DNA of 63,995 nt, counting the filler, from Reticulomyxa filosa (lineage: Eukaryota; Protista; Foraminifera), in the NCBI GenBank assembly GCA_000512085.1. It is 20 parts of 20 records of this genome, joined end to end, with 100 filler letters (N's around TTAATTAATTAA, not from the genome) between each part and the next. Parts side by side here need not be neighbours in the genome. Positions count along the whole stretch, not along the records: positions 38,791 to 40,306 come from ASPP01033183.1; positions 40,407 to 42,572 come from ASPP01027696.1; positions 42,673 to 43,672 come from ASPP01035123.1; positions 43,773 to 49,609 come from ASPP01006810.1; positions 49,710 to 50,781 come from ASPP01017229.1; positions 50,882 to 59,364 come from ASPP01006086.1; 14 more parts are not named here. One strand, given 5' to 3'. The position numbers and the translations under genes were made by a program. The notes under the pieces were generated by a model. It saw only the letters and a list, made by a program, of their open reading frames with translations, was not told the origin of the DNA and did not search any database. Shown here piece after piece: positions 38,960-50,985 of this stretch (position 1 is its first letter; every line of letters begins with the position of its first letter).

Positions 38960-39850
38960 TCAATCCGCTCACTTGACGGTTCCATACGATAGATTAATTC
39001 GGGTGTAGTGCCAATTATTCAACTGCAATTTGATCCACTTGTTATCCGAAAAGTTTATGTGTTTGCCATAAAAAAGTGGACTTTTATTTTTGGACTTTTG
39101 CTTATCGGTGATCAGTTTCGACTTCAAGGGTTCCTCCGAAATCTTTTCCGTGACTTTGTTCGACCGGGACTAAATCAGTTATATCCTTCCGAGCGTCAAA
39201 GTACTTTTTTTTTCCACATACACACACACACACGCTACTGGTTGTATCTATTTGGATCCCACACGTCGACGATCAAACCTGTCATTTCTTGACTTTGCCA
39301 ATTGAGTCCACTTTTCCTTTGTGCCCGTCAACTTGTGGTCACATTATCTTGCTCTTTCAAAGTACGCGTTCAAAGTGTTCAAAGGCCATAGATCCTTGCT
39401 TCAAAATATCACTATCACCGATTATGTCTTTCAAATACATATATCACTCTTTTCGAATAAAATAGCCTTTCTCTTGCTCGTTATTATTATTAGCGTTTGC
39501 ACTCACACACACACACATATCCCAATCATTTGCTCTGCTTGGCTAAACTTCGTCTTTCCCATATACTTTACTATTTAATATATTTGGACTGGCTTTGATT
39601 CATCTTTTTTTTGGTCTCCTCGTCTTCGTTGGCGAGTTTCAATTCCACCAGCCTCCGTCGCTTGTCACTTGTCTGCTTGTCGCTTTTCACATTATCCTTC
39701 ACAGAATCAACGCGAACTAAGCAAGCTTGCGACCATTGAGCGACCAATTATCCAATCATTTCTCTGTCGTCAAAGTTGACCGACCCTACAAACACACAAC
39801 CTTGCCAATTATTGCCCGTGTCAAGAATGGCCCTATCACAGTTCTGGATA
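38960..39850 (-). pseudogene. Tandem CAP-Gly repeat pseudogene (about 4 degenerate repeats)
   Basis: Minus-strand remnants GCVFVGSVNFDDREMIG*LVAQWS; IVKYMGKTKFSQAEQMIGI; KGYFIRK; QEMTGLIVDVWDPN; FYGKHINFSDNKWIKLQLNNW. No long ORF. Confidence 0.6.
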
Positions 39851-40406
39851 GCCAAAATATTAAAATACTCGGTTTGAAATGTTTTGATGTATTTTTTTTT
39901 ATCACTTTATTGTGATTAAACTCATTTCAAAACATGATTCTGCTAAAAAATTGATGTCCTCACTTAACTGTAAAGATAGATTTACAATGTCAATTTAAAT
40001 GTTGCCAATGCCAGGAAAGATCACAATAGACAAGCGTATTTGTTTCACAAAAATTTTAATCATCATTTTTTTCTTTTTTTTAACAGTGCAAATGAAACTT
40101 GATGGTGTTTGGAATGCGTGCTACAGTAAGTTGGAAAAAAAACTGCAAGCATAAAATACCCACATTGAAGTGATGATGTTAAAAGTTTTCTTTTGAGTTC
40201 ATTTTTATTAGGTTACACTGATACTGCGGCAATTGGTAAGTGATCACTGACATAATTTTCGTTTAGCAGTAACAATTCTTTAATATCATAATGAATATAA
40301 TAATTTNNNNNNNNNNNNNNNNNNNNNNNNNNNNNNNNNNNNNNNNNNNNTTAATTAATTAANNNNNNNNNNNNNNNNNNNNNNNNNNNNNNNNNNNNNN
40401 NNNNNN

Positions 40407-40651
40407 TAATAAATAATAATGTTTGTAATTTAAATGTGATATGTTCTGGATCATTGGATAATACAATTCGTTTTTGGGATATTCGATCAAATAAGAATGA
40501 ATTGTATATGATCAAAGGATATAAAGAAGATGATGGAATATATTGTCTTAAATTTATTGTATTGAAAGAGAAAAATAAGACAAAGAATGTTACATATGAT
40601 TTGAATTTGTGTTATGGTTCATTCAATGGTTTCATTCGTATTTGGGGATAA
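40407..40651 (+). CDS. WD40-repeat protein C-terminus, Reticulomyxa-type family
   Basis: NVICSGSLDNTIRFWDIRSNKNELYMIKG..DDGIYCLKF..LNLCYGSFNGFIRIWG*. Confidence 0.85.
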
Positions 40652-43109
40652 TTTACTTTTTTATCGAATAAGAAATGAAAGTGTTTTTGTTTGAAAAGTT
40701 CGATTAAAAGAAGATTAAGGTGATTTAAACTTGTTTTGATTTCATTGAATGCAAGCATTGAAAGATGTGTTTTATCTTACTTTGTTGTTTACAAAATATT
40801 GAGTGCAGCTTTTTCAAAAGAATAATAAATGAAAATTGTATTCAAATATCAAAATACAGTGGAAGATATTTCAAATGTTGTATTTTTTGTATAGCATCGA
40901 GTACGATTGTCTTTATAGTCACCTAGCCTTTTCAAAGAATATAACGATAAATATAAGAAAGGAAAAAGGCGTTCTAAATTTGAAGGCATGCAGCAAAATA
41001 AGGACAGTCCTTTTAATCAATAAATGCACTTTGAAATGAATTAAATTGATCTCTAAAAATTTTACCCAAACCAATTGTACCATTGCAGATGTACATTAAG
41101 AAGAAGAATATTATTAAAAGAAGATTTTTAAATATGTTAAGTTATTTAACAATATAATATTTAACGTCTAAAGCATTTAAAGAAATGAAAATTCTATGTG
41201 GACATTTCGATTACATAATGAAAAACGCATTTTGGTCATAACAATAGAGTTGATAAGTTTTCATTTGATATTTCATTAGCATATTTATTATAAGTTTGAA
41301 GATTGATGGTATGATTAGAACGGATCAATATTTTGGATATATATTAAGCAAAGCAATTCATTTTTGGCATAATAAAGTACAAAATTCATTTAACACAACA
41401 CATTCAATTTTTTAAATTTTAATAAATGTTGATACGTCTCAGAAATAAGTACATTAACAAAAATATTTTAAATTAAATATTTATCTATTGAAATGTCTCA
41501 TAGTTATTAAGATTATTCATTGAATGATTAAACACAAATTATGAACTTAGCTTCAAATAAATAGCAAATCAGTTGGCTAATGAAAACAGTAATTTGTTTT
41601 TAAAATATATTGAAAATTGTCGAGCTATGAAGAAATATTTGTATGATAAAGGTGTCAAATCCAAATGATTTATTTGAAATTTTTGTTGTTTTTTATTTTG
41701 CGTCGAGTTATTTCTGTTTCTAAGTCTTAAATATTTGAAAGAGTCTAATTTAATTTTTCACCACTTAACTTTTTTATTAAATGAAATAGATTTTTGTTAC
41801 ATACGCGTTGTTTATTGTAATTTGAAATATTAATGTTATATTCCAAAATACCACTGAGATAAATCATCAATAATTCAACTTTTTTTTACATACAATTGTT
41901 ATCAATACTCTGCATATCATTGTTGGTTTTTCATTCAAGGAGTTTTGATGGTGAATTACAACAAGCCAAAAAAAGAGTTTTACCTCGAATGGATGACGTT
42001 CCACCTATCATTAAAACATTGACTTCTTATCAATTATCCTCAAGATTTGATTTTATATGTATTTAAATCAATAAATGCATTATATTCCTTTAATACTTGA
42101 ATTTGTCTTCCTGAAGATGCATTTTATATTTAAATAGTGTTTCTCTTAAATATAGATAATTTTAGAACTTCTGGGAGCAATTAACAAGTTACATATCATT
42201 TGATATTATGCATTCATTTCAATCGATTTTCTAAATCGACATCAATCTTATCTTTCTGTCAAAACCAAAAAATGACAACTTTAAAACGTTTATCCACATT
42301 TATTTGAGCACATTCTCTTTCTTTATCAAAAATTCAGATCAGTATTCGTGCATAACATTAACTTGGTCATGTTTTGATGATTGTCTTGTTTGAATTTCTT
42401 TGTCTTGCTTGTTATACAATATAAAATGATATTTAATGTAGTATGCAAATATTTATCATTTATCCAATCTGAATTTTTTCATTGTTTTCATAAATGAATT
42501 GTTCTTCTTTTTCATTAGGAAAAAATAGATCAACAACCCCAAATCTTAAAATAAATAATTTTAAAAATTGAANNNNNNNNNNNNNNNNNNNNNNNNNNNN
42601 NNNNNNNNNNNNNNNNTTAATTAATTAANNNNNNNNNNNNNNNNNNNNNNNNNNNNNNNNNNNNNNNNNNNNTTAAAAATGCAAAATTTGATGATCAGGA
42701 TGGATGTACACACTTGCTGTGTTGCCAGCTCATATGTGAAAAGCTTGTTCAGCCCAATAAAGATCGTATAATTGAACCAGGACAGACTATTGTAGATCAT
42801 CTCAAAAATCAAAATATTTTTGTAAGTAAGTTCGATCATCAGGCCTGTCCATTGCTTGAGGTGATCTTAAAAAAAATAAAATGATGAACCTGTTCTTTTT
42901 ATGTGGAAAATTTTTCCAAGTGTATTTTTCATTCGTTCTCTAAAAATCTTGTTGAAAAAGTTTTATTGAAAAAGAACATTCGCAAATATAAACGCTATCC
43001 TTCTATAAAATATTAGTGAAAATTGATTGATAAATAGCACCTTATAAAACTAATATTTTTTTACATTTAATAATTTTTTAAATATTTTTTCGAAGAATTT
43101 CGAGCGGGT

Positions 43110-43672
43110 CATTACATTATATCGTGGAATGTACTCTGGTCATGAAACAGAAATTAAAAGGGAGTAATTCACTAGTAAAATGCAAAGTTTTAACTGCAGG
43201 AAAATACTAATTTGGGGATGTTGAATGTCTGCTAAAAAGAACTACACAAAGTGTAATACGAAATGTTGATTAGCTCTCCTGAGAAGGCCAAAGAAGAAGA
43301 CTAACAGAAAGAAGAACACAAGAAAAAATAAAAATAAACAGGCTGCAGAATAAAAAATCTGATGATGAAATCTTATCGCTAAGACTTGAATTAGCAGAGA
43401 TTAAGTTAGCATTCCAGCAATTACAATCCTTATTGCAATCAATTAACATGACGTTAATGCATATGGGTGTTGGTAATTGATCAAGAGATAAGATTAATAT
43501 TGCGAATACTAATATGCAAGCAGGCCATGATCAACAGTATATTGGTATTACAAAATAACAACAACGGATTTTATTACAAAGTCCAAATATTAGAACAAAA
43601 TTTGCATCAGAAGCAGTCTCAAATCTGTTTATTGCAAGAAGTATTCAGATCAAAGAAGAAGGACATTGATTA
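43110..43672 (+). mobile_element. Decayed non-LTR retrotransposon: ORF1 end and start of the ORF2 APE endonuclease
   Basis: MINSILVLQNNNNGF..K...LEQNL....QICLLQEV matches the APE N-terminal NxNG and LQE motifs. Upstream is a broken basic/coiled-coil reading. Confidence 0.6.
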
Positions 43673-43798
43673 NNNNNNNNNNNNNNNNNNNNNNNNNNNN
43701 NNNNNNNNNNNNNNNNTTAATTAATTAANNNNNNNNNNNNNNNNNNNNNNNNNNNNNNNNNNNNNNNNNNNNTGTGTGTGTGTGCATTAAAACTTAAG

Positions 43799-44694
43799 AT
43801 AAATTATTACGTGATGAGAAATGGTATTTGATTACTGACTCACACACATTCTTTCGGAAGGATTGGGATGATTTACTGATTCGATTATGGCACAGCGCAA
43901 ACAATTCACATGCCATCATCACACATTATCCCAAAGGCGATGATTTAATGAACAGCTCTCTGGCCTTGTGGCAAACTCGTCCAAACGAAGCTTATTCTTA
44001 TCATATTTGTGGCACTATTTTTGAAAGTTTTTTTATTTGCTATGTTTTTTTTTTTTTTTTTTTTGGGATTGATTTTGCAATGATAAGAATGAACCACAAC
44101 GAACAAAAAGGCTCAATCAATCGTATGCCACGCAATGCCAATGGCTGCTACACTCGAGTTCGAGATTTATCCAAACCTATACTAGTCCCCTTTTGGGGGG
44201 GTGGGTTCGCGTTCAGCGAATCCAAACTATTGAAAGAAGTTCCTTTGGATCCGAATACGCCATGGATCTTCCATGGAGAAGAATTTCATTTTGCATCTCG
44301 CGCATGGACTCATGGCTATGACTTTTACAGTCCTCCTTATGATATCATGTTCCATCGTTATGCTGATAAGGCAAAACGTGGTCGTATGCAGTACAATGTC
44401 AATGTTGCTGCCAAACGTGATGCTAGTGAAAAAAGAATTAATGCTTTATGGGGATTGCTGACAATTCGGACCATGGACTTGCAAGAACAACAAAAAGCAA
44501 ACTTGTTCGAATTAGATAAATATCCTTTAGGGGACAAACGTACCATTCAACAATTTTGGAAATTTGTTGGAATTAATCCTCTTACATTTGAAGTCACTGT
44601 TTGGAAAGAGTCCGTCTGGGCCTCTGGCGGCTTACAAAGAGTGCCTTGGAATGCACCCCATACCGACCCTGTATTGAAAAGAGTTGTCTCTTAA
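43799..44694 (+). CDS. GT60-family GlcNAc-transferase (Skp1-hydroxyproline GlcNAc-transferase Gnt1/Gnt2-like), 5'-truncated
   Basis: YLITDSHTFFRKDWD..AIITHYP; PFWGGGFAFS..EVPLDP..WIFHGEE..RAWTHGYDFYSP. A poly-T intron at ~44026-44110 is read through in frame by the ORF track. Confidence 0.85.
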
Positions 44695-45489
44695 TTTTTT
44701 TTAAAGAAAAATTAATCTTTGATTTTAAATCCCAACCACACTTTCTTTATTTTCATGCGGAAAAGAATATCACAAATTGAAGCTTTGAAAAAATCGTTTA
44801 ATTCAACACAAAACACGAAATGTGATGTTTTAAGTTTATTTAGTTTATAGAAGTTTTCCTAGAACATTTGATATGCATCAAATAAAATATTGGAATTTGT
44901 TACAAATTAATCCTTTTTAAATGAAGTAATCAATGTTTATGAATCTGACCAAATTTTTTCAAAATGGTTGCTTGTTCTTCGTACTTTTAAAAAGATACAA
45001 ATACAGCTTCGTCATCAACAAAAGGTCAAAAGGGAATCCACAGCGGTGAAGACTCAAAATGTATCTAAATATTAAATGAAAAAAAAATGAAAATTGCGAA
45101 ATTCAACGATCCAACTTGAAAAGCCAAAGTATGCGAGGATGCATTAGGCATTAGTATAATCATTTCACTATGAAGCATTCTGCTTCGTCGCGCAAAAAAG
45201 CATATAAATAAAAAATAGATTTTGTTGTTTGCCTAACATTTGGAAAACAGCTATCATGTCAAATAAAATCGAAAGTAAAATCTCATTGTTTGTTCATATG
45301 CTTGAAGACATTGAATACATGACAAACATTCATATATTTATTTTTTCTTTTTAATTTAATAATTTTTATTTTCATAATGAAAATTTTCTTTAAAGAATTT
45401 GAAGTCAAAAGTGATTTATTGTAGACTACATCAAGATGAAGATATGCATATACATAATATAAAGTAGAATGCAAAGAACACTAACACAT

Positions 45490-46860
45490 AAAACTGCACA
45501 TTATAGAAAATTGATTTTTTTCTTGAAGAAAAAACATACAAACAAATTTTTTAATCTAAAAACATATTGCTAATCTTGTAGTTTTTAAATATTATTTTGA
45601 TTTTTATCAAATGTTTACTAATTTTGAAAAATTACGAAATTTTATGTTTTATAAAGAATTACTTATTTTAAGTTTTTTTGAAATTTTTGACGTTTTGTTG
45701 TGTGATTGCATTTAATTTTATTTTTGAATTTGCAACTTTTATTAAAATTATTATTTATGTTCTTTTTTATTCTCTAAAATTGTCACAATAACTGAAATGA
45801 TATTTATTTTAGAAAAAAATCTTTGCTTAATTTATTTTTAAGCAATATTTGTATTGTTTATTATTGCTAGTAGCTTGATCAAAGATATATTATGCAAAAG
45901 AATAATTAATTTTTAAATTACAAGTTGAAAAATGACACGTAATGATAAAAAATAAAAAACTTTCATTTAAATTATAACATTTTTAACATAAAAATTTTGC
46001 CATTATTTATTTTTATTTTTTTAACTATATCAATGATTTTTATTTTTATGTATTTTTTCAATAAATTTCTGTATTACAAAATTTTGTTATTTTCAAAAAA
46101 TTAGTTCAAAACATTTATTGAAAATGTTTAAAAAAAGTTGTATAAATCAAACTTGTATTACTAAGATAATATTTTTAAATCTCTTTAGTCATATATACTT
46201 TTTAAAAAAAATTAGCATTGTATTTTTGTAGTTTTTAAAAAATTCACAATTAAAAATCGAGTTTTTGAAATTTTTTGTGAAATGTAAATTTTATATTTGA
46301 AATTTTATTTGTGTTTTTTGAGTTTTGTGACAAATTGACATGATTGTGTAAACTGTTATTTTTTAATATAAAAGATAAAACATATTATTTAACATGTAAT
46401 CTTTTAATTTTTTTTTATTAATTTTATAATTGATTTCATTATTTACCTTGCAGGCATGTTTAACACATTTTGAACCAAAGCAAATTCAAATCGTATATTG
46501 TTTTTATTACACATAGTTCTTTTAATTTTGATTTATCTTCTAAGTCTTAGTTCGGTCATTTTCAAAAGTATTTGTATTAATAATTTCCACAAAATAAATT
46601 ATTGTTTCATCTTTAAAAAATCCTTTTCAAAATAATACATAATATGATATTTGAATGTTTATTAATTCAAACGTCATAATAATAGTATTATATTCTAAAT
46701 TTGGCATTTTCTTCTTAGCACCGCAATTAAATCGTTCCAAAAAAGCTAAATTTTAAATAACAACATCAAAATAATTTTATATTTAAAAAATACAAAATTT
46801 GTATTTTTTTTAAAAATTATGTTTAAATGTTTATTTTTCATATTGAAAATATATTCTATT
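45490..46860. mobile_element. Degenerate ~1.4 kb non-autonomous TIR element (very AT-rich interior)
   Basis: 45490-45600 (..aatcttgtagtttttaaatatta) and 46770-46860 (atatttaaaaaatacaaaatttgtattttttttaaaaattatgtttaaatgtttatttttcata) are oppositely oriented copies of the repeat at 5250-5340. Confidence 0.45.
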
Positions 46861-46938
46861 CATATATGTGCCATTTATGTATATAGTTTTTTTCTGCAAC
46901 TTATTGATAACAACGAATTTGTTATTTGTAGAAAATAT

Positions 46939-48726
46939 CTAAACAACAACACCATTCCGTTGAATTAAAGCCAAATTGAACAAATTAGAGGCGATATTGA
47001 TCTTGTATGGACTCCACTTCATGAAATTTTCAAACCACACATGTTGAATTTGTGATGGTGTCATGTCTAAGCTATCATTAAATCCTTTCACCAGCATATC
47101 ACGTAATACCCATTTTACAAAATCATGTTTGGGGCTGGAATGGTTGGAAGGGACAGTGTTTTGAACGCCAGTGCTAATTTGTGGATCACCCGCCAACGAC
47201 AAGCGATTTCCATTAATTTCTAAAGTAATGATATCTTTAAAAGAATGTTCAACTTGTTGGTTATCAAAGATTTTAATCCATTTTTTTCTCTTTGCTTTCA
47301 AGTATTCTGACTCACCAATGACATGTTTTTCCATCCATTCGCTCCAATTCGGATGATGATACGGCAAATACTCGTTTTCGAGAAATGCCATATCAAAGTC
47401 CAAAGGACTTAGCCAACAGATAGGAGAAGTATTCGCTGGCTCAGCATTTGCAATAGTAACCACGTAGTTGTTGCAGTGAGCATTGCAATGATAGCCAAAA
47501 GCATCTTGATATGTACCCCAGCTAATTTTATTTTCAAACAAGATACGCTGGATCATTCCGCTTTCAAACCCCAATCTATACATGATATCACATAAAATCT
47601 CATTACTTGTACCACTAACTTGTGTGTTTTTATCTTTGCTTTCAAGTATTGATTTCATAATTTTGTCGTATTCCCCCGCGCAGTGCGTTTCAAGGTTATT
47701 TTTGGTGAATCGGTCTTGTATATTGTGTTTGAGTGGAATGGCGACTTTTTTTTGGATCAATGGACATCCACATAACACTGCCATATACGTCTCCATCAAT
47801 ATGCCATCACTTTCATTGATTCGCGAGGAGTCAATGATAGTGCTATTTTTGGACATGTAATCGTCTTTGTGGACATTATCCCAATCGATAATTCTATCAT
47901 ATAAGCATTCCAGTCCAATAATCAAATCATCACCAAGTCTTCGATTGCCAATGGTCTCAAACACACTACAGCACTTTTTTATTTTGGAAAGCTTGATATC
48001 GTCCTCTTCCTCACCTTCTTCGTATTCGTAATACCCAACACTGCGAATATTTGCACAGCGAAAGGGTATCTTGTATGCGTTGTCTTTCAGTATACGTTGG
48101 ATGAGATCGTTCATATACAACTCGCGAACACTTGTATGCAAAAATGAACTGCCACGGATTTCCATAAATGGAAGTGTGTTATCTTGAATGCAACGATATA
48201 AAAATCCATCTTCATTATTCCCACATCCTTTAAGTCGATAAAACACTCGCACTTCTTCGTTTCGAAATTCAACAATTGCAGAACGAACGCCACTAGCAAA
48301 AGTGTGTACCAACTCACATTTGATATTTTCGTTTTCATGCTTCTTGCACTTTAGTAATGGATTTCCCACCCATTTCAACTCGTCTTTCGCATTCAAATCC
48401 TGCTTTGGCGCTTTTGTCTTATGTGTCTCTGTCTCGCTTTCTTTGTCTTTCTCCTCCTTCACTTTGGTCAGCTTCACGTCCACACAAGGCATTGCCGGGA
48501 CCAATATGCGGCTATACTCTTCTCCTAATGCAAATTGTGGAAAGCGACGCATTGCTGCCACTTTTATTTCTTCGTCGGTATCACCGACCTGGCATCTTTT
48601 GCTGTCAAAAGAGACAAACGTTCCTGGCTGCCGTTTCAAATACGTCGGGATGGAACCGTAATACAGCAGCTCCAGCTCTTGTTGAAACTGTGCTTTTTTC
48701 TCCGCTTCTTTTACTTCTTCCGACAT
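46939..48726 (-). CDS. Intronless 595-aa atypical kinase-fold protein with SelO/YdiU-like motifs
   Basis: Complete ORF. YRLKGCG, IRGSSFLHTSVRELYMN, HCNAHCNNYVV and LDFDMAF occur in the same order as SelO LKGxG, GRAVLRSSIRE, HGVMNTDN and IDYG. Confidence 0.6.
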   Translation of the reverse strand: MSEEVKEAEKKAQFQQELELLYYGSIPTYLKRQPGTFVSFDSKRCQVGDTDEEIKVAAMRRFPQFALGEEYSRILVPAMPCVDVKLTKVKEEKDKESETETHKTKAPKQDLNAKDELKWVGNPLLKCKKHENENIKCELVHTFASGVRSAIVEFRNEEVRVFYRLKGCGNNEDGFLYRCIQDNTLPFMEIRGSSFLHTSVRELYMNDLIQRILKDNAYKIPFRCANIRSVGYYEYEEGEEEDDIKLSKIKKCCSVFETIGNRRLGDDLIIGLECLYDRIIDWDNVHKDDYMSKNSTIIDSSRINESDGILMETYMAVLCGCPLIQKKVAIPLKHNIQDRFTKNNLETHCAGEYDKIMKSILESKDKNTQVSGTSNEILCDIMYRLGFESGMIQRILFENKISWGTYQDAFGYHCNAHCNNYVVTIANAEPANTSPICWLSPLDFDMAFLENEYLPYHHPNWSEWMEKHVIGESEYLKAKRKKWIKIFDNQQVEHSFKDIITLEINGNRLSLAGDPQISTGVQNTVPSNHSSPKHDFVKWVLRDMLVKGFNDSLDMTPSQIQHVWFENFMKWSPYKINIASNLFNLALIQRNGVVV

Positions 48727-48993
48727 TTTGTTGGTTTATTTATTTTTTTTTGTTCTTTTCAAACCCCCTTTTTATATAATTTTTTAATTTTGAAATGAGA
48801 AATTGTTAGCCATCCTCTGCTGGTCTCTACTCCTTTTATTCTACTGTTTACTATGTGCTTCATTGTGTTTCTCTCAATTTTTTTGTTGCTTTTTTTCTTA
48901 CAGAGTGTTGAAACTTTGAAAAAGGGGTTGTGTTGAAGAATTAAAGAATTTTTTTGGTTTTTAAGTTTTTGCACTTATCAAGTGACAAATAAC

Positions 48994-49526
48994 ATGTCCG
49001 TCTCAGAATCTAAAGAAAAGTTGAGGATTTTCTCTTCTTACTTCTCTTTCCGTTTTTTTTTGTAAAGCATCTTCCTTATTGCTTCGCTGTGTTGTGTTTT
49101 GGGACGGGTCGAAAATGTTAGACGCCAAGGAAAATATCGTCACGTGTATGGTGAGCCATACAAACCAGAAAGCCATTTTTTGGATGTGAAAAATCCATTT
49201 TGCAGTGGTGAAGGAAGCTATTTGAAATGCAACACCCGATTCTTTGCCGTGGCAAAATCAGGTTTTGTTTTTTTTTTTTTGGTATACGTTGAATCATATA
49301 AAATTTCTTTGTATTTATTTTTGAAACAGGCGGTGGTGGTCCATTGTATATTCGACGACTGGATGATCCTGGAAGATTTGCAGTGAATGTCCCTTTGTTG
49401 AGTGTCCACAAAGGAACAACTTGGGATTTTGATTTTCACCCATTCATAGTCAACATGATCGGAACTGCTTCAGAAGATTGCCATGCAGCTATTACACAGT
49501 TCCCGGAAGATGGATTGACTGATAGC
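48994..49526 (+). CDS. Coronin, N-terminal exons (3'-truncated)
   Basis: VRRQGKYRHVYGEP; SGGGG.L; PGR..NVPLL..HKG...DFDFHPF..NMIGTASEDC; PEDGLT. Confidence 0.88.
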
Positions 49527-49739
49527 GTTAATTCTTATTTTTTTTTTTTTTCGTTGCATGTCTCCCTTTGGTTTGTAACTGTCAACATTGACATTTTTTA
49601 AAAAAAAAANNNNNNNNNNNNNNNNNNNNNNNNNNNNNNNNNNNNNNNNNNNNTTAATTAATTAANNNNNNNNNNNNNNNNNNNNNNNNNNNNNNNNNNN
49701 NNNNNNNNNATAAATATTGAAATAATTAGTAAAAGATTT

Positions 49740-49835
49740 ATAAAAAACCAAAATGATATTTAAAAACTACACATTTGTAGATATTTTAAAAAAAAATTAG
49801 GTCTAAATGTGTTTTTTCATGAAGAAAATCAAGTG
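49740..49835 (+). repeat. Subterminal copy of the AT-rich TIR-element family
   Basis: gatatttaaaaactacacatttgtagatattttaaaaaaaaattaggtctaaatgtgttttttcatgaagaaaatcaa aligns with 5258-5338. Confidence 0.6.
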
Positions 49836-49884
49836 CCATTTTAGGTTTACTTTAGTTTACAGTCACACTCCAGCCACAATCTCA

Positions 49885-50085
49885 AAATCCAACTACTATA
49901 AAAAAATTTTATATTACTATAAAAAAAATTTTACTAGTTAAAAATTTTTTAGTTAGAATTTTCTTTCTTTCTTGGTCCGGAACTTTCTTGGACTAGACGA
50001 CGTTTGCGATACTTTAGTTTACTTTCAAATCTCCTTCAAAACTTAAGAGATGTCGAGGTATCTTGACACTTACAACCGCAATCTC
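49885..50085 (+). repeat. Second dispersed repeat shared with 30685-30880
   Basis: Shared aaaatccaactacta-aaaaaaatttt, cgacg, actt.a...gat.tcgag.ta.tcttgac and caatc blocks in the same order. Confidence 0.55.
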
Positions 50086-50985
50086 TTTCAAGATACAACT
50101 TTTTAAGAAAAGTGATGAAGGTGATATATTAATATTTTTTTTTTGTTTGTTTAATTTTGAATTTTTTTCATTTTAATTTGATTGATATTTAACCTTCGAA
50201 GCACATGAGTCACTATTTGCCGAAGTCTCGTAGAGTCTGAGCGTGGTCCCAAAGGGACCCTTGGATTCCCTCTGAGCTGCACAATGCTACTGTGTGATTA
50301 TCAAAAAAGTTTGTGGGTTAAATTGAGATCATTTTGGAATGATATAAAAGGATATATTCTCTATTTTCACCTAAATAAATTCTAAAATAAAAATTATTGC
50401 TTCAATGTTGGAGCTTGAATGTTATTTGTTGGTTAATTTTTGTAACGTATTGTATTATTTAGTACTGTGTTACAATATTTTTCCTTTTGTCAATTCAATA
50501 ATTACATTCTTCCATTTAAAAAAAACAAACAGATGTATGCTATTGAAGAATGTGTTGACAAGAGAATTTCATTAAGAAATTGTTAACATTTTGGAAGAAT
50601 TTGGATATGAGTAGAAGAAGTTTGTGAAAGTGATATTTTCGAATGCCAAAGATGTTCAAAGGGCACTTCAAGAAAAGGTTATCAAGTGAATAACAATGGA
50701 AGAAGATATTCTTACACACAAAAAAAAGATCAATCGGAAAAAATCAAACAATTGAAGAATCAATAAAAAAAAAAAAAAAAANNNNNNNNNNNNNNNNNNN
50801 NNNNNNNNNNNNNNNNNNNNNNNNNTTAATTAATTAANNNNNNNNNNNNNNNNNNNNNNNNNNNNNNNNNNNNNNNNNNNNTTTTTTTTTTTTTTCCTTT
50901 TTTTTTTTTTTTTTTTTTTTGTGTTTCTGCACGTTCTTTGATAATTGCGTAAGTATACTACATATTTGTACATATATTGTAATAG

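Noticed and set aside
41900-42520. Coding-like minus-strand stretch in an AT-rich region
   Set aside because: Many stops and no recognisable motif.
43358-43372. CTGATGA..GAAA resembling a hammerhead ribozyme core
   Set aside because: No room for stem II and no flanking helices.
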